From contig OZ251992.1 of NCBI GenBank assembly GCA_965246885.1, positions 3,264,001-3,328,000 of the forward strand: a stretch of 64,000 nt of DNA. The letters run 5' to 3'. This stretch comes from Abditibacterium sp. (GTDB taxonomy: Bacteria > Armatimonadota > Abditibacteriia > Abditibacteriales > Abditibacteriaceae). Shown here piece by piece: positions 11,623 to 21,650 of this stretch (position 1 is the first letter of the stretch; every line of letters starts with the position of its first letter). A program made the translations under genes and the position numbers. The notes under the pieces were generated by a model. The model was not told the DNA's origin. It ran no database searches and saw only the letters and a list, made by a program, of their open reading frames with translations.

Positions 11623-12222
11623 TTAGTGTCCCGACGGGATGTGCGCGATGGCGATAAAAAGCGCCCCCACTGCCGCCAAAATAAACGTGGCAACCAGAGA
11701 AACAAACAAGCGCGGCCACGACTTTCTCTCGAAAGTTTCGTCTTTGCTGCCCACGAACACCAGCACGGCGCCCAACGCGAAAGAGAGAAGTAGCGCCGTC
11801 CAAAGGGGGCGCGCGTTCGCGTCGAACAGCAGTTGCCCCGGCGTCAGTTGGCTTTCGGGCGGCGTTGGGTTTTGGTTCGACAAGTCCGCGTCTAAGCCCA
11901 CGCCGCCCCGCACTCCGTCGCGCCCCAGCGATTCGACGAGCGGCACCCCACCAGACAGCGAATAGAGGAAGGGCCGCTCCCACCCGTCGAACCAATATCC
12001 CAAGCCCGCCGCTTCCAGAGTCGGGGGATACACGCCCGTTTTCGCGCGGTAGTCGGCCAAAACGCGGTCGGTCTTCAAGAGCATCCGGCGCGTCTGATTT
12101 TGGGGATATTGGATGGCGTAGCGGATGCTTTGAAACGCCATCGGAAGCGTCACTCCCATCAGCGCCGCGCCAAACGCGAGAGCCAAGACCAACCGAACAA
12201 CCAACTTCTTCGCGGGAGTCAT
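11623..12222 (-). CDS. Membrane protein with a GspG (T2SS major pseudopilin) C-terminal-like domain
   Basis: YPPTLEA...DGWERPFLY...SLGRDGVRGGVGLDADLSN, flanked by TMs. Confidence 0.7.
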   Translation of the reverse strand: MTPAKKLVVRLVLALAFGAALMGVTLPMAFQSIRYAIQYPQNQTRRMLLKTDRVLADYRAKTGVYPPTLEAAGLGYWFDGWERPFLYSLSGGVPLVESLGRDGVRGGVGLDADLSNQNPTPPESQLTPGQLLFDANARPLWTALLLSFALGAVLVFVGSKDETFERKSWPRLFVSLVATFILAAVGALFIAIAHIPSGH

Positions 12223-12283
12223 GGCGCACAATGTAGCCCATCGAATACGCGGACTGCAAGCACTCAAGTGCCCCGCCCTTGCC

Positions 12284-12799
12284 CTACGAGTGCCGCCGCA
12301 GCAGCAACTCGAAGTCCCAAGGCGCGACTTGTTCGGGTTCGGCGCCGGGGAAGAGCGTCACGCCCGCCGCTTCGTAGGCTTGCACGACCAGTTGCGCGCA
12401 CGAAACGCGGTCGCGCTGGCGCCAGATAACATCCACCGACCCGAAAAGCGGCTCCAACAAACGGTCTACCATCAGGGCGACGATGCTGCCGTAAGCGTAC
12501 GGCACGCCGACCTGCGTTTCCGCCCATGCCAAAGCGCGGCGCCCCACTTCCGGCCCGCCCGGAGCGGGCATGACTCGCACCCGCAAGCGCACTTTGGCCG
12601 CTTCCAAATCGCGCTTCACCACTCCCGTCACGCGCGACTCGACGACCCAACCATTGCCCGCATACAACCCGACGTGGTGATAGCGCGAGCCGGACAAAAA
12701 CGGAATCAAGCGACTCCACCCGCTCGCATGGCGAAAGAGCAGGATGTCCCCCGGCGAGGCTTTGTCCAACACCGTCCGGCGCGAGGGAGAAAAATTCAT
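12284..12799 (-). CDS. Permuted papain-like NlpC/P60 (YiiX/YebB-like) enzyme
   Basis: PGDILLF, YHHVGLY, VGVPY, SCAQLVVQAY. Confidence 0.8.
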   Translation of the reverse strand: MNFSPSRRTVLDKASPGDILLFRHASGWSRLIPFLSGSRYHHVGLYAGNGWVVESRVTGVVKRDLEAAKVRLRVRVMPAPGGPEVGRRALAWAETQVGVPYAYGSIVALMVDRLLEPLFGSVDVIWRQRDRVSCAQLVVQAYEAAGVTLFPGAEPEQVAPWDFELLLRRHS

Positions 12800-12862
12800 C
12801 GTCCCGCCCTCACTGCGAATACGCCGCCAACGCGGGCGCCGCCGTCCGCCACGCCGCGACCA

Positions 12863-13034
12863 CCTCCCCGCGTCCCGTGATTTCCTCCCCGCGCGGGGAA
12901 AATACCTCCCCGCACGCCATAAATACCTCCCCTCGTCCCATGATTTCCTCCCCGCATGGAATAAACTCCTCCCCGCGTCGCGCTACCGCCTCCCCGCACG
13001 CAGTTTGGGGAGGAATTTTTTCCATGCGGGGAGG
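12863..13034. repeat. Degenerate 21-bp-period array (7 x CCTCCCCGC core) with inverted terminal copies
   Basis: Cores start at 12863, 12884, 12905, 12926, 12947, 12968, 12989; inverted GGGGAGG at about 13007 and 13028. Confidence 0.9.
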
Positions 13035-13062
13035 CGGTGAGCCAACCACCGAGGTACGATAA

Positions 13063-13437
13063 TCAGGCAAAGATGCTCGTTCTCAGGCCACAGACGAATT
13101 GGCAAGGAGAAAGCAAAAACGCGCTTAGGCGACGGAGGAGACGTTCATGGCGTTCAGGAGAAATCGAACCAATTTTTCCGCGCACATCTCTCGCCGGAAC
13201 CACAGATAGAAAACCAACGCGGATAAGAGAAGATTCTTTTAAATGGCTGGAACCAAAGTCGTCATCCTCAGGTTCGATTCTTTCATCTAGTCTTACAACT
13301 TCGAGGTCAAGTTGTGTTGAAATGCCACACAGCATAAAATCGTCGTAAGGGGGCACGAACTTGAGAACGATGGCCGGACGCAACTTCCAATCGTTCTCTT
13401 GCGGCAAATCGGCCAAGACCACGTCGCCTTCGCTCAT
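13063..13437 (-). CDS. PemK/MazF-family toxin
   Basis: GDVVLADLP...KLRPAIVL...CGIST...LKESSLIRV...IGSIS. Confidence 0.88.
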   Translation of the reverse strand: MSEGDVVLADLPQENDWKLRPAIVLKFVPPYDDFMLCGISTQLDLEVVRLDERIEPEDDDFGSSHLKESSLIRVGFLSVVPARDVRGKIGSISPERHERLLRRLSAFLLSPCQFVCGLRTSIFA

Positions 13438-13628
13438 AGCAAGTCATTCAGCGTGTATTCCGGCTCGTTTGACCCATAAGCGCGAGACAGCGAATGAAGA
13501 GCGAGCAAGCGCCACGCTTGCCTCCCCTCATCTTCAGGCGAGAGGATCGTTACCAAAAGCTGCGCGTTTTGTGGCAACTCAAAGGGTTCATCGAGTCGAA
13601 TGTGATCGCCCTCGACATGGGCTTTCAA
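13434..13628 (-). CDS. Putative antitoxin (AF2212/DUF104-like); start uncertain
   Basis: KAHVEGDHIRLDEPFELPQNAQLLVTIL with acidic tail; ATGA overlap with the toxin. Confidence 0.75.
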   Translation of the reverse strand: MKAHVEGDHIRLDEPFELPQNAQLLVTILSPEDEGRQAWRLLALHSLSRAYGSNEPEYTLNDLL

Positions 13629-13689
13629 AACGGTGGGCTTAACCGGAGTTTAAAGCGCCGCAAGGGATTCTCGCGGCGCTTCCAATCCC

Positions 13690-15492
13690 TTATCCATAAA
13701 GCGGCCCGTAGGCGGCGCAGGCGCGGTAGTCGGCTCCCTTGTCTTCGAGGCCGCCGAAGCGGTTCCAACTGGCGGGGCGAAAGACATCGGCGTCGGAAAC
13801 ATTGTGCATTTCGACGGGGATGCGGAGGATGGCGGCGAGAGCCAACAGGTCGGCGCCGATGTGCCCGTAGGCGGCGACGCAGTGATTGGCGCCCCAACTG
13901 TTCATCACGGAGTAGGCGTCGCGGAACTGGGCCTGCCCCGTAAGAATCGGCGCGAACCACGTCGTCGGCCACGTCGGGTTGGTGCGACTATCAAGGGCGT
14001 CGTGAACCGCGTCGGGCAAATTCACAACATAACCTTCGGCGATTTGCAGGACGGGGCCGAGGTGCTTGACGAGGTTGAGGCGGTACATCGTCGCGGGCAT
14101 TTCGCCGCGCGTCGTGAAATCGGTAGACCAGCCGCCAGCCGGGAAATAGCCGAGGTCGGACGGGCACCATTTCGTCGCCTTGAGGCACTTGTCTGCGTCT
14201 TCGGGGGTGATGTTCCACCACGATTTGAGCGCCGGATTGCCGTTGGCGTCGTTCATCTCGCCCGTCCAGTCGAGGGCGGCGGGGCCGGAGTTGATGAGAT
14301 GGAGCAAGCCCGACGCGGCATGGCCCGACAGTTCGTGGCCCGTCGCGGCGCGGACGGCATCGGCGCTCCAGAAGGTGCGCAGGTCGGCAAACAGGGTGGC
14401 TTGCCCCTGCGTCAAGAGGTGGCCAAACAACATGCCGGCGCCGTTGAGGGCGTCGTTTTCGGTTGCGAGCATGAACGCTTGGCGGATGCCGTTCCAGTCG
14501 AAGCTCGTCGTGAGGATGGCTTCCAAAAAGTCGCCGTTGGGGCGGGCGTCCGTCCATTGGCGCTGGCCTTGAAAGCCCGCCGCGAGCGCGTTGTGGCCGC
14601 GCGCTTCCTCGCCAAAACCCATGTCGGCGAGCTTGGGGTTGCCGATCATCAAGTCGCGCCCGATGAGCGCCATTTTGATGCTCGTCGCCCAGTCCTCGTC
14701 CTTTTGCGCGCTCGTGCGCTGCTTGTCGGGCGCGTTGGTGTCGGCGCCTTCGGGACAGTTTTTCCCCACCCATTCGACGGCGCGCTCGAACTCTTCGGCG
14801 TCGTAGATGCCGCGCTCGATGCGGCGGATGAACTCGGTCATATCCACCGACTCCGAGCGCATGCCCAAGTAATCCTCGAAGAACTCCGGCGACACCACGC
14901 TGCCCGCTATGCCCATTGAGGTGCCGCCCATTGCCAGATACGAGGTGCCGCGCATCGTCGCGGCGGCCAAGCCCGCGCGGGCGAAGAGCAGGATTTTGGC
15001 GGACACATCGGCGGGAATCGAGGTGTCGTCGGCGTTTTGCACGTCGCGGCCATAAATGCCAAAGGCGGGGATGCCCTTTTGCGCGTGTCCGGCGAGCGCC
15101 GCCGCGAGGTAAACGGCGCCGGGGCGCTCGGTTCCGTTGAAGCCCCACACGGCTTTGGGCGTGATGGGGTTCATGTCCATCGTTTCGCTCCCGTAGCACC
15201 AGCACGGCGTGACGGTAAGCGACACGCCCACGCCCTCGCGCTCGAACTTGGCCGCGCAAGCCGCGCTTTGCGCGACCCCGCCAATCGTCGTATCCGCGAT
15301 GACGCACTCGACGGGCAAGCCGCAAGCGTGCCGGATGTTCTCGCTGATGAGCGCCGCCACGTTGCGGGCCATCAGCATGGTGCGCTCTTCGAGCGACTCG
15401 CGCACGCCGCCCAAGCGCCCGTCGATGGTGGGCCGGATGCCAATCTTGGGCAAGGGCGTTTGCAAGCGGTTGGTGGGTTGTTGGATATTCAT
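13690..15492 (-). CDS. fucI: L-fucose isomerase
   Basis: [46 protein letters not shown]. Confidence 0.97.
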   Translation of the reverse strand: MNIQQPTNRLQTPLPKIGIRPTIDGRLGGVRESLEERTMLMARNVAALISENIRHACGLPVECVIADTTIGGVAQSAACAAKFEREGVGVSLTVTPCWCYGSETMDMNPITPKAVWGFNGTERPGAVYLAAALAGHAQKGIPAFGIYGRDVQNADDTSIPADVSAKILLFARAGLAAATMRGTSYLAMGGTSMGIAGSVVSPEFFEDYLGMRSESVDMTEFIRRIERGIYDAEEFERAVEWVGKNCPEGADTNAPDKQRTSAQKDEDWATSIKMALIGRDLMIGNPKLADMGFGEEARGHNALAAGFQGQRQWTDARPNGDFLEAILTTSFDWNGIRQAFMLATENDALNGAGMLFGHLLTQGQATLFADLRTFWSADAVRAATGHELSGHAASGLLHLINSGPAALDWTGEMNDANGNPALKSWWNITPEDADKCLKATKWCPSDLGYFPAGGWSTDFTTRGEMPATMYRLNLVKHLGPVLQIAEGYVVNLPDAVHDALDSRTNPTWPTTWFAPILTGQAQFRDAYSVMNSWGANHCVAAYGHIGADLLALAAILRIPVEMHNVSDADVFRPASWNRFGGLEDKGADYRACAAYGPLYG

Positions 15493-17477
15493 GGTGTGTT
15501 CGGTAGAGGTTTAGCACGTCGGAGAAGCGCGGCGATTTGTTTACGGCCCGCGTCTATTACTGGCTTGAGATGAGCGCTGGCTTCCTTCCGGTAAAGGCTA
15601 ACTTGTTCGGGTGTCGCAGCGTAGAAGCTCAACATCTGATCGAGCCGACGCCTTTGGGCGGCGCTGGAAAGAGGCAGTGCGCCAGTTTCAAAGGCGCGGC
15701 TTGCTACGGCGCGCGGCGACAAGCCGTTCTTGCTCTTGAAGTCGGGGGTGGCGCCGCAGTGGAGGAAAAAGCGCGCGGCCTCGACATCGCCGTTGAAGCA
15801 CGCCTTGTAAAGCGGAGTAACGCCCGCGTTGTTGGGCGCATCCCATCCGGGCACGTTGGCGCCGCGTAGCAGGGCAAGGCGCTCGTCGGAAACAGCGAGG
15901 TGGAAGGCGGTGTTGCCCTCGTTGTCGCGCGCCGCGCGGTTGGCGGGGCTTTGCAGGAGCGCCTCGATAACGGGAAAAGAAACTTTCGCGTGGGGGTCGT
16001 AGACGTTGCTGTAAGGGCGCGCGTAATAACCCCCGGTGCTAACGGCGACCAAGAACGCGGTGTTGCCGTCGGCGTCGCGTGCTTCCAAGAAGGCGGGCGA
16101 AGAGTTGGCGCGCACCAGCGTTTTCACGATGGGGCCAGACCACAAGGCGGCGTAGTGCAACGCGGTGTTGCCCGCTTTGTCTTTGGACAACAGGTCGGCG
16201 CCATGCGCGCACAAAAGCCGCGCGGCTTCCTCGCTTCCACTGCCCCGGTCGCTGGCTAAAGCCGCGAACATGAGCGGCGTCACGCCGTTCTTGTCGCGCG
16301 CGTTCGGGTCGGCGCCGCGTGTTAGCAGGAGTTCCTGCGCGGGATTGTTCGTCGGCTTATCAGGATAAGCCGCTTTCGCCGCCGGGGTGTCGGGAATAAG
16401 ATGTTCCGTGTCGGCGGCGAAAAGCGGCGTTGCTCCGTCGAGCATCGTGCCCGCGATGCTTGGGTCTGTTCCTTTGGCTTCGATGTCGGCGCCCGCGTCC
16501 AAAAACATCTTCACGCTCTCGATTGCGCCCGCCTTCGCCGCCGCGTGCAAAGGCGTCCATCCTTTTGCGTTAGCTTCTTTCGGGTCAGCGCCATGCGCGA
16601 GCAAGCGTTTGACGAGTTCGCTTGCAGTGGGAAAGTCCAGCGCCGCAAACGAGGGTTTTGCGGGCAGCAGTTTCCGCTTGGCCAATTCGTCTATGAGGAG
16701 AGGTTCGCTGCGCCCGTCTCCCGCCGCCATTTGGAGTAACTTCGGCGCGAGCGCGGGCTTCACGTCAGCACCGTTTTGCAATAGCACGCGCGCGTTGACG
16801 GAAGACTCCTCTCGGACGGCGTTGTCGAGTGCCGTGCCTCCGCCTTTGGCGCGCTCGTTGATGCGCGCGCCGCGCGCGAGCAGCATTTTGATGAGGCGCC
16901 CATCGGGGAAGTGCGCTATAGAGGAGCCTTCGCTTTGTTGCGTCGCGGCGACCATAAGCGGCGTCGCCCATTCCCTCTCACCGTTGAAGTAGTCCCACCA
17001 CCCGCCCGCGTTCGGGTCGGCGCCGCCATCGAGGAGGATTTGGGTTAATTGCTCGGACTCTCCCTCAGAGCGGAGCGCGTTTTGAAGCGCGTCGAAGTCG
17101 GGCTTGGCGCCGTGAGCAACGAGCCAGCGAAACAACGCGGGCTGATCCCCGTATATCCTATCGGTTGCAAAGGGATGGGGCGGCAAGGGGGCTTTGACGC
17201 GCGCAAAGGCGTTCAATATCTGGAGGTCGCCTTGCCCTATGGCTAATACAAAAGCGGCGGAGCGGTTGTAACCGGGATTGGCACCGCGTGCCACCAAGTC
17301 CAAGGCGCGGCGGCGTTGCTCCGGGGTGTTGCTCCACTGCATCGCTTCCACAAGCGCCTTATCGAGTTGCCGTTGCCGCGTTTGTTGCGGCGCGGCGTTG
17401 GGTTTGACGCGCGCACGCGGCGCGGCGACGACGGGAACGGCCAACGAAAGGGCAACGGCGAAAGGAGCGATTTTCAT
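15489..17477 (-). CDS. Secreted ankyrin-repeat protein
   Basis: Signal peptide; many GxTPLH/TAL...GADxN repeats. Confidence 0.92.
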   Translation of the reverse strand: MKIAPFAVALSLAVPVVAAPRARVKPNAAPQQTRQRQLDKALVEAMQWSNTPEQRRRALDLVARGANPGYNRSAAFVLAIGQGDLQILNAFARVKAPLPPHPFATDRIYGDQPALFRWLVAHGAKPDFDALQNALRSEGESEQLTQILLDGGADPNAGGWWDYFNGEREWATPLMVAATQQSEGSSIAHFPDGRLIKMLLARGARINERAKGGGTALDNAVREESSVNARVLLQNGADVKPALAPKLLQMAAGDGRSEPLLIDELAKRKLLPAKPSFAALDFPTASELVKRLLAHGADPKEANAKGWTPLHAAAKAGAIESVKMFLDAGADIEAKGTDPSIAGTMLDGATPLFAADTEHLIPDTPAAKAAYPDKPTNNPAQELLLTRGADPNARDKNGVTPLMFAALASDRGSGSEEAARLLCAHGADLLSKDKAGNTALHYAALWSGPIVKTLVRANSSPAFLEARDADGNTAFLVAVSTGGYYARPYSNVYDPHAKVSFPVIEALLQSPANRAARDNEGNTAFHLAVSDERLALLRGANVPGWDAPNNAGVTPLYKACFNGDVEAARFFLHCGATPDFKSKNGLSPRAVASRAFETGALPLSSAAQRRRLDQMLSFYAATPEQVSLYRKEASAHLKPVIDAGRKQIAALLRRAKPLPNTP

Positions 17478-17498
17478 GGAGAGAAGTTTGATGCCGGT

Positions 17499-18467
17499 TT
17501 ATTTGTCACCTACCGCGCGGCGGACGCGGCGGGTGTTTACCACGACGAGGAGTTGGCGCGCGTCGGTGGCGGGGGACATGCGGATGGCGAAGGGTTGCTC
17601 GTCGCCGACGTTGGCCGTGATGGAGACGGTGCGACTGCCGAAGTGCGGCTCGATGGCGACCTCGACGAGGCCGTTTTGAAGGCGGGTGACGCCCGCGCGG
17701 ATGCCGATGGCGGTAGTCACAAGAGCAAAGCGCGGCGGTGCGAGCGCCGGGGTTTCGTTCAAACCGAGGGCCGTGAACGAGGGCCGCTTCGACTCGCCGT
17801 CCAAGCCGTCAATGACCGTCACGCGCGGCGCCGTTAAAGCAACGGGCGCTTTGGGGGAGAACAAGCGCGCGAGACGGGCCTCGAAGTCGGGCGGCAAGGC
17901 CGTCGCAGAACCAAAAGTGTCGGCGGATTCGCCCCTCAACGTGTCGAATTGGAGGCCCAATGCGGGCAAGTCAGTGAGGCCAACGCGGTAGAAGCGCGCT
18001 TCGATCTCGTATTGCACGAGCGCGACATCGAGCGTGGGAAGCAACTTGCCGAGCGCGTCCAAGCCCTCCTGCGTGCCAACGGCGAACAGGGCGCCCTGCG
18101 GGTCAATGGCGCTTATTTTCTGTATCCCGGCGGGCAGCACCAAACCGACTGGCCCGTTGGCGTTGCCGGGGAGTCGCGGACGCGGCTTGACTACCCCGTC
18201 AGGCCCCATTTCAGCGCCGATTTGGATGCTGAGGTTGAGGCTCGCTGTCCGGCCCCACAAGATGTCAAGCGGCATCGACTGATGCGCTGGGTCGAACCAA
18301 TACGCCACCAAGGACGGCTTGACGTTGCGCAGTTCAAAGACGCGGGTATGCAATTCCGGCGTGAGCACGATGCCGCCCGCTTGGGCAGGGGCGGGCACAA
18401 GGGGCGCGGCGCCCAGTAGTAGCGCGGCGGACAGGAGCAAGGGCGAAGAAAAGCGGAAGCGGTGCAT
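17499..18467 (-). CDS. Short secretin-like exported protein
   Basis: Signal peptide; N-domain-like IDPQGALFAVGT..LDVALVQYEIEARF; TAPRVTVIDG. Confidence 0.55.
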   Translation of the reverse strand: MHRFRFSSPLLLSAALLLGAAPLVPAPAQAGGIVLTPELHTRVFELRNVKPSLVAYWFDPAHQSMPLDILWGRTASLNLSIQIGAEMGPDGVVKPRPRLPGNANGPVGLVLPAGIQKISAIDPQGALFAVGTQEGLDALGKLLPTLDVALVQYEIEARFYRVGLTDLPALGLQFDTLRGESADTFGSATALPPDFEARLARLFSPKAPVALTAPRVTVIDGLDGESKRPSFTALGLNETPALAPPRFALVTTAIGIRAGVTRLQNGLVEVAIEPHFGSRTVSITANVGDEQPFAIRMSPATDARQLLVVVNTRRVRRAVGDK

Positions 18468-18515
18468 ATCGGCTCGCAGTTAGCCCTAAACGGCGCCGTA
18501 ATTCAAGGAGCAATC

Positions 18516-18701
18516 ATGACCGATGACAACCAAACACCCGCGCCCGAACCCACCGCCGACGCCCCAACGCTTCCACACGCCATTCAGGATACTGGCGAGG
18601 ACAACCCTCCGCCGCTTTACATTCAAGGCTTCGGCGTGATGGGCCAAGCCGTGCCGGATGTAGCGACCGGTTCTACCCCCGTCACGCGGCACGATGATTA
18701 A
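18516..18701 (+). CDS. Small acidic Pro-rich hypothetical protein
   Basis: AAGGAG 5 nt before ATG; 61 aa. Confidence 0.55.
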   Translation: MTDDNQTPAPEPTADAPTLPHAIQDTGEDNPPPLYIQGFGVMGQAVPDVATGSTPVTRHDD

Positions 18702-19369
18702 CGGGCCAAGCGCTCCGGCTCCAAAATATGCAGCGTCATTTCACGGGGCAGCGTCTCCATCGAGAGCGTTATCTCCGCTTTGCTGTCCTCTACTATGGGG
18801 CCGCTCCACAGCGCGCGGAAAGTGGCGAGCGGCTCTAACTGCATCTTCAAACCCGGCACGCCGTAGTGCATCGGGATGACGGCGCGGGGCTGTAGCTCTT
18901 CGAGAAACGCCATCAGGTCGGGGAGCGCGATGGTGGGCGGGCCGCCGACGGGGGCGAGAACGATGTCTATCTCGCCTAAGGCTTCGAGGTATTCGTCGCC
19001 CAAAGCGTGTCCGACATCGCCCATGTGGAGGAGGCGCAGGTTTTCACTCGTGATTTTAACCAAGGCGTTGGGGCCGTCGGGTTCGCCGCCGTCGTCGGGC
19101 CAATTCTCGAAGACGGGGAAGGCTTCCAAGCCGATGCCGTCGAAGTCCCACGCTTGGCCCACGTGTTCAAGCGCGTGGTAGAGCGTCCAGTCGCCGCCGA
19201 CGCTTTCCATGTGCGAGTGCCATTTGGGGTTCTCGTGGGAGATGGACACCAGATCGGCGCGGGCGTCGAGCGGGGCGTAGCCAATGTCGGGCGAGAACGG
19301 GTCGAAGACGAGGTCGTAGCCGAGGGTTTGGAGTTGGAACGCGGCGTGGCCAAGGAAGGAAAGGCGCAT
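18698..19369 (-). CDS. MBL-fold metallo-hydrolase (Lactamase_B_3-like)
   Basis: FLGHAAF, DPF, HMGDVGH, VIPMHY. Confidence 0.88.
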   Translation of the reverse strand: MRLSFLGHAAFQLQTLGYDLVFDPFSPDIGYAPLDARADLVSISHENPKWHSHMESVGGDWTLYHALEHVGQAWDFDGIGLEAFPVFENWPDDGGEPDGPNALVKITSENLRLLHMGDVGHALGDEYLEALGEIDIVLAPVGGPPTIALPDLMAFLEELQPRAVIPMHYGVPGLKMQLEPLATFRALWSGPIVEDSKAEITLSMETLPREMTLHILEPERLAR

Positions 19370-19435
19370 GCCGTCAGTGTGGTGAATTTCGCAAAAGCGC
19401 GAAGCGACGGCGCGCGCGGCGCGTGTGGAGAAGGG

Positions 19436-20026
19436 ATGCCCAAACGCTTTATCGTCGCCCTGACCGGCGCGTCCGGCGCGCTGTATGCCCTGCGCTTGCT
19501 CGTCAAGTTGGCGGACGCGGGCCACGCCATTGACTTGGTTGCGTCCGAAGCGGGATGCGTGTCGCTCGCGGCGGAAACCGACATTCACCTCAACGCCGCT
19601 CGCTTGGATGCCGAAAAGCTCTTGCCCGGTCGCACGGGAAGCGTGACGGTTCACGGGCCGCGCGAGATTGGCGCTTCGATTGCGTCGGGGTCGGTGCGGC
19701 ACGACGGTATGGTGATCGTGCCCTGCTCGATGGGCACGCTCGCGCGAGTGGCGAACGGGTTCGCCGACTCGCTCATCACCCGCGCCGCCGATGTCTGCCT
19801 CAAAGAGCGCCGCCCATTGCTGCTCGTGACGCGCGAACTGCCCTTGTCGCTCGTGCATCTTCGCAACATGATGCTCGCCACCGAAGCGGGCGCGACGGTG
19901 TTCCATGCGTGCCCGCACTTCTACAGTCGCCCGCAAACCGTAGAAGAAGTCGTAGACACCGTCGTTGACCGCGTGTTAGACCACTTGGGCGTCGAGACCG
20001 ATACCGCGCGCTGGAAGGAGCACTAA
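19436..20026 (+). CDS. ubiX: Flavin prenyltransferase UbiX
   Basis: ALTGASGA, ASGS, PCSMGTLA, RAADVCLKERR. Confidence 0.95.
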   Translation: MPKRFIVALTGASGALYALRLLVKLADAGHAIDLVASEAGCVSLAAETDIHLNAARLDAEKLLPGRTGSVTVHGPREIGASIASGSVRHDGMVIVPCSMGTLARVANGFADSLITRAADVCLKERRPLLLVTRELPLSLVHLRNMMLATEAGATVFHACPHFYSRPQTVEEVVDTVVDRVLDHLGVETDTARWKEH

Positions 20027-20035
20027 CCACAACCC

Positions 20036-20914
20036 ATGACCGCCACCACTCGTCCCGTCGCCGCCCTCAAAAACTACCTCGAACTGGTGAAGTTCTCGCA
20101 CACCGTCTTCGCGCTGCCTTTCGCCCTCGCCTCGATGCTGGTGGCCGCGCACGGCGTTCCGTCGGGGCGCATCTTCGGGTGGATCGTCGTGGCGATGGTG
20201 GGCGCGCGCACGGCGGCGATGGGGTTCAACCGCATCGTTGACCGCGACATAGACGCCCGCAACCCGCGCACCCGCTTGCGCGAACTGCCGTCTGGCAAGG
20301 TCTCGTTGCGCGGCGCGTGGGCTTTGGTGGTGGGCGCATCCCTGCTCTTTTGTTTCGCGGCGTGGCGCATCAACACCCTCGCCGCGCTTCTGGCGCCCCT
20401 CACCCTCGGTGTGCTGTTCTTCTACTCGTTTTGCAAGCGGTTCACGAGCTACTCGCACTTCGTGTTGGGGCTGTGCTTGGGCATTGCCCCGGTCGGCGCG
20501 TGGGTCGCGGTGACGGGACACATCGGCATCCCGTCGGGCGCGCTGTGCGCGGCGGTGCTGTTCTGGGTGGCGGGCTTCGACATCATCTACGCCACGATGG
20601 ACGAGCAGTTCGACCGCGAGAACGGTCTGAACTCCCTTGTGCGCAAACTGGGCATCGCGCCCGCCCTTGGCTTCGCCAAATGGCTGCACGCCGCCTTCGT
20701 CGCCAACTTGGTTCTCTTCGGCGTCCTCGCGCATTTGCCCGCGCTCTTCTTCGTCGCCGTCGCGCTCATTGCCGCGTTCTTGGTTTACGAACACGCCCTC
20801 GTGCGCCCCGACGACCTGCGCCGCGTCAATGCCGCCTTCTTCACCGTCAACGGCGGAATCGCCGTCTTCTTTCTAATGGCGGTTGGGGCGAGCGTTTTCT
20901 TGAACCACAGATGA
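20036..20914 (+). CDS. UbiA-family prenyltransferase (MqnP-like, futalosine menaquinone pathway)
   Basis: KFSHTVFALPF, FNRIVDRDIDARNPRT, GFDIIYA, VNAAFFTVNG. Confidence 0.9.
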   Translation: MTATTRPVAALKNYLELVKFSHTVFALPFALASMLVAAHGVPSGRIFGWIVVAMVGARTAAMGFNRIVDRDIDARNPRTRLRELPSGKVSLRGAWALVVGASLLFCFAAWRINTLAALLAPLTLGVLFFYSFCKRFTSYSHFVLGLCLGIAPVGAWVAVTGHIGIPSGALCAAVLFWVAGFDIIYATMDEQFDRENGLNSLVRKLGIAPALGFAKWLHAAFVANLVLFGVLAHLPALFFVAVALIAAFLVYEHALVRPDDLRRVNAAFFTVNGGIAVFFLMAVGASVFLNHR

Positions 20915-20998
20915 ACGCAGATGGCCGCAGATGAAGCGCAGATGTTTTTAGGTGTCTGCGCATGCCCATCTGCGCCCTCATCCGCGTTCATCTGTAGG
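20904..20998 (+). repeat. Inverted-repeat element built from about 10-bp CAGATGAACG units
   Basis: Left arm ACAGATGAACGCAGATG..., right arm ...CATCCGCGTTCATCTGT; contains the UbiA stop codon. Confidence 0.8.
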
Positions 20999-21029
20999 CT
21001 AAAGGCGTCAACTGTAGTGAGGGGACTTC

Positions 21030-21320
21030 ATGTCGCGCGAGGGCGTGTCCCGCCCCGGCGCCATGCGACGGGGGTTGCCGGGGCGAAGTCAAAAGGTGCA
21101 AAGCGTCTGCTTGCACAAGATGACCCGCTTCGGTTTACTGGAACGCGAAGCGTTCCGCGAAGTGCCTCCCCACGTGGAGTACCCCCTGACGCCGCGCGGC
21201 TTGGAGTTCACCGCGCTGTTGGACGGCATCGAAAGGCTGCAACGCCACATCAACGCATGGAAGAAAGAAAGTGAAATTCGCGCTTGTAAGCCGGATTTTG
21301 TGCGTCTCCAGACGCGATGA
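21030..21320 (+). pseudogene. 5'-truncated HxlR-type winged-helix regulator
   Basis: RPGAMRR...KV...L.K..FGLLER.AF.EVPPHVEY.LT..G; the first helix is missing and there is an in-frame stop just upstream. Confidence 0.6.
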
Positions 21321-21650
21321 TCATTTCTCTGCTCGCCCCATTGCTGGGGAGATGGTTTCTGCCGTCTCCGACAGAAACAGCGACCAACCCGAACGCTCGG
21401 CGGGCCGCGTCAGCGCGTTCTGCTTGGTCTTGCACCGGACGGAGGTTGCCTTCCACACGCTGTCACCAGCGTGCGGGTGCGCTCTTACCGCACCTTTTCA
21501 CCCTTACAGCCGGAGCTGCGGTTTGTTTCTGTGGCCCTGTTCCTCGCTTGGGTTTGCCCGTCGCGGGTCGCCGTTAGCGACCGTCCTGCCCTGTGGTGTC
21601 CGGACTTTCCTCACCCGCGCAAACGGGCGCGATCATCCAGCGCGAACTTC
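21273..21650 (-). ncRNA. rnpB: RNase P RNA (bacterial type A)
   Basis: Minus strand GAGGAAAGTCCGGAC and ACAAAATCCGGCTTA; P1 GAAGTTCGCGCT/AGCGCGAATTTC; TACACT -10 box 7 nt upstream. Confidence 0.95.

Noticed and set aside
12863..13015. Mini-CRISPR (constant core + variable spacer)
   Set aside because: A 9-bp repeat and 12-bp spacers are far too short, the spacers resemble each other, and there are no cas genes.
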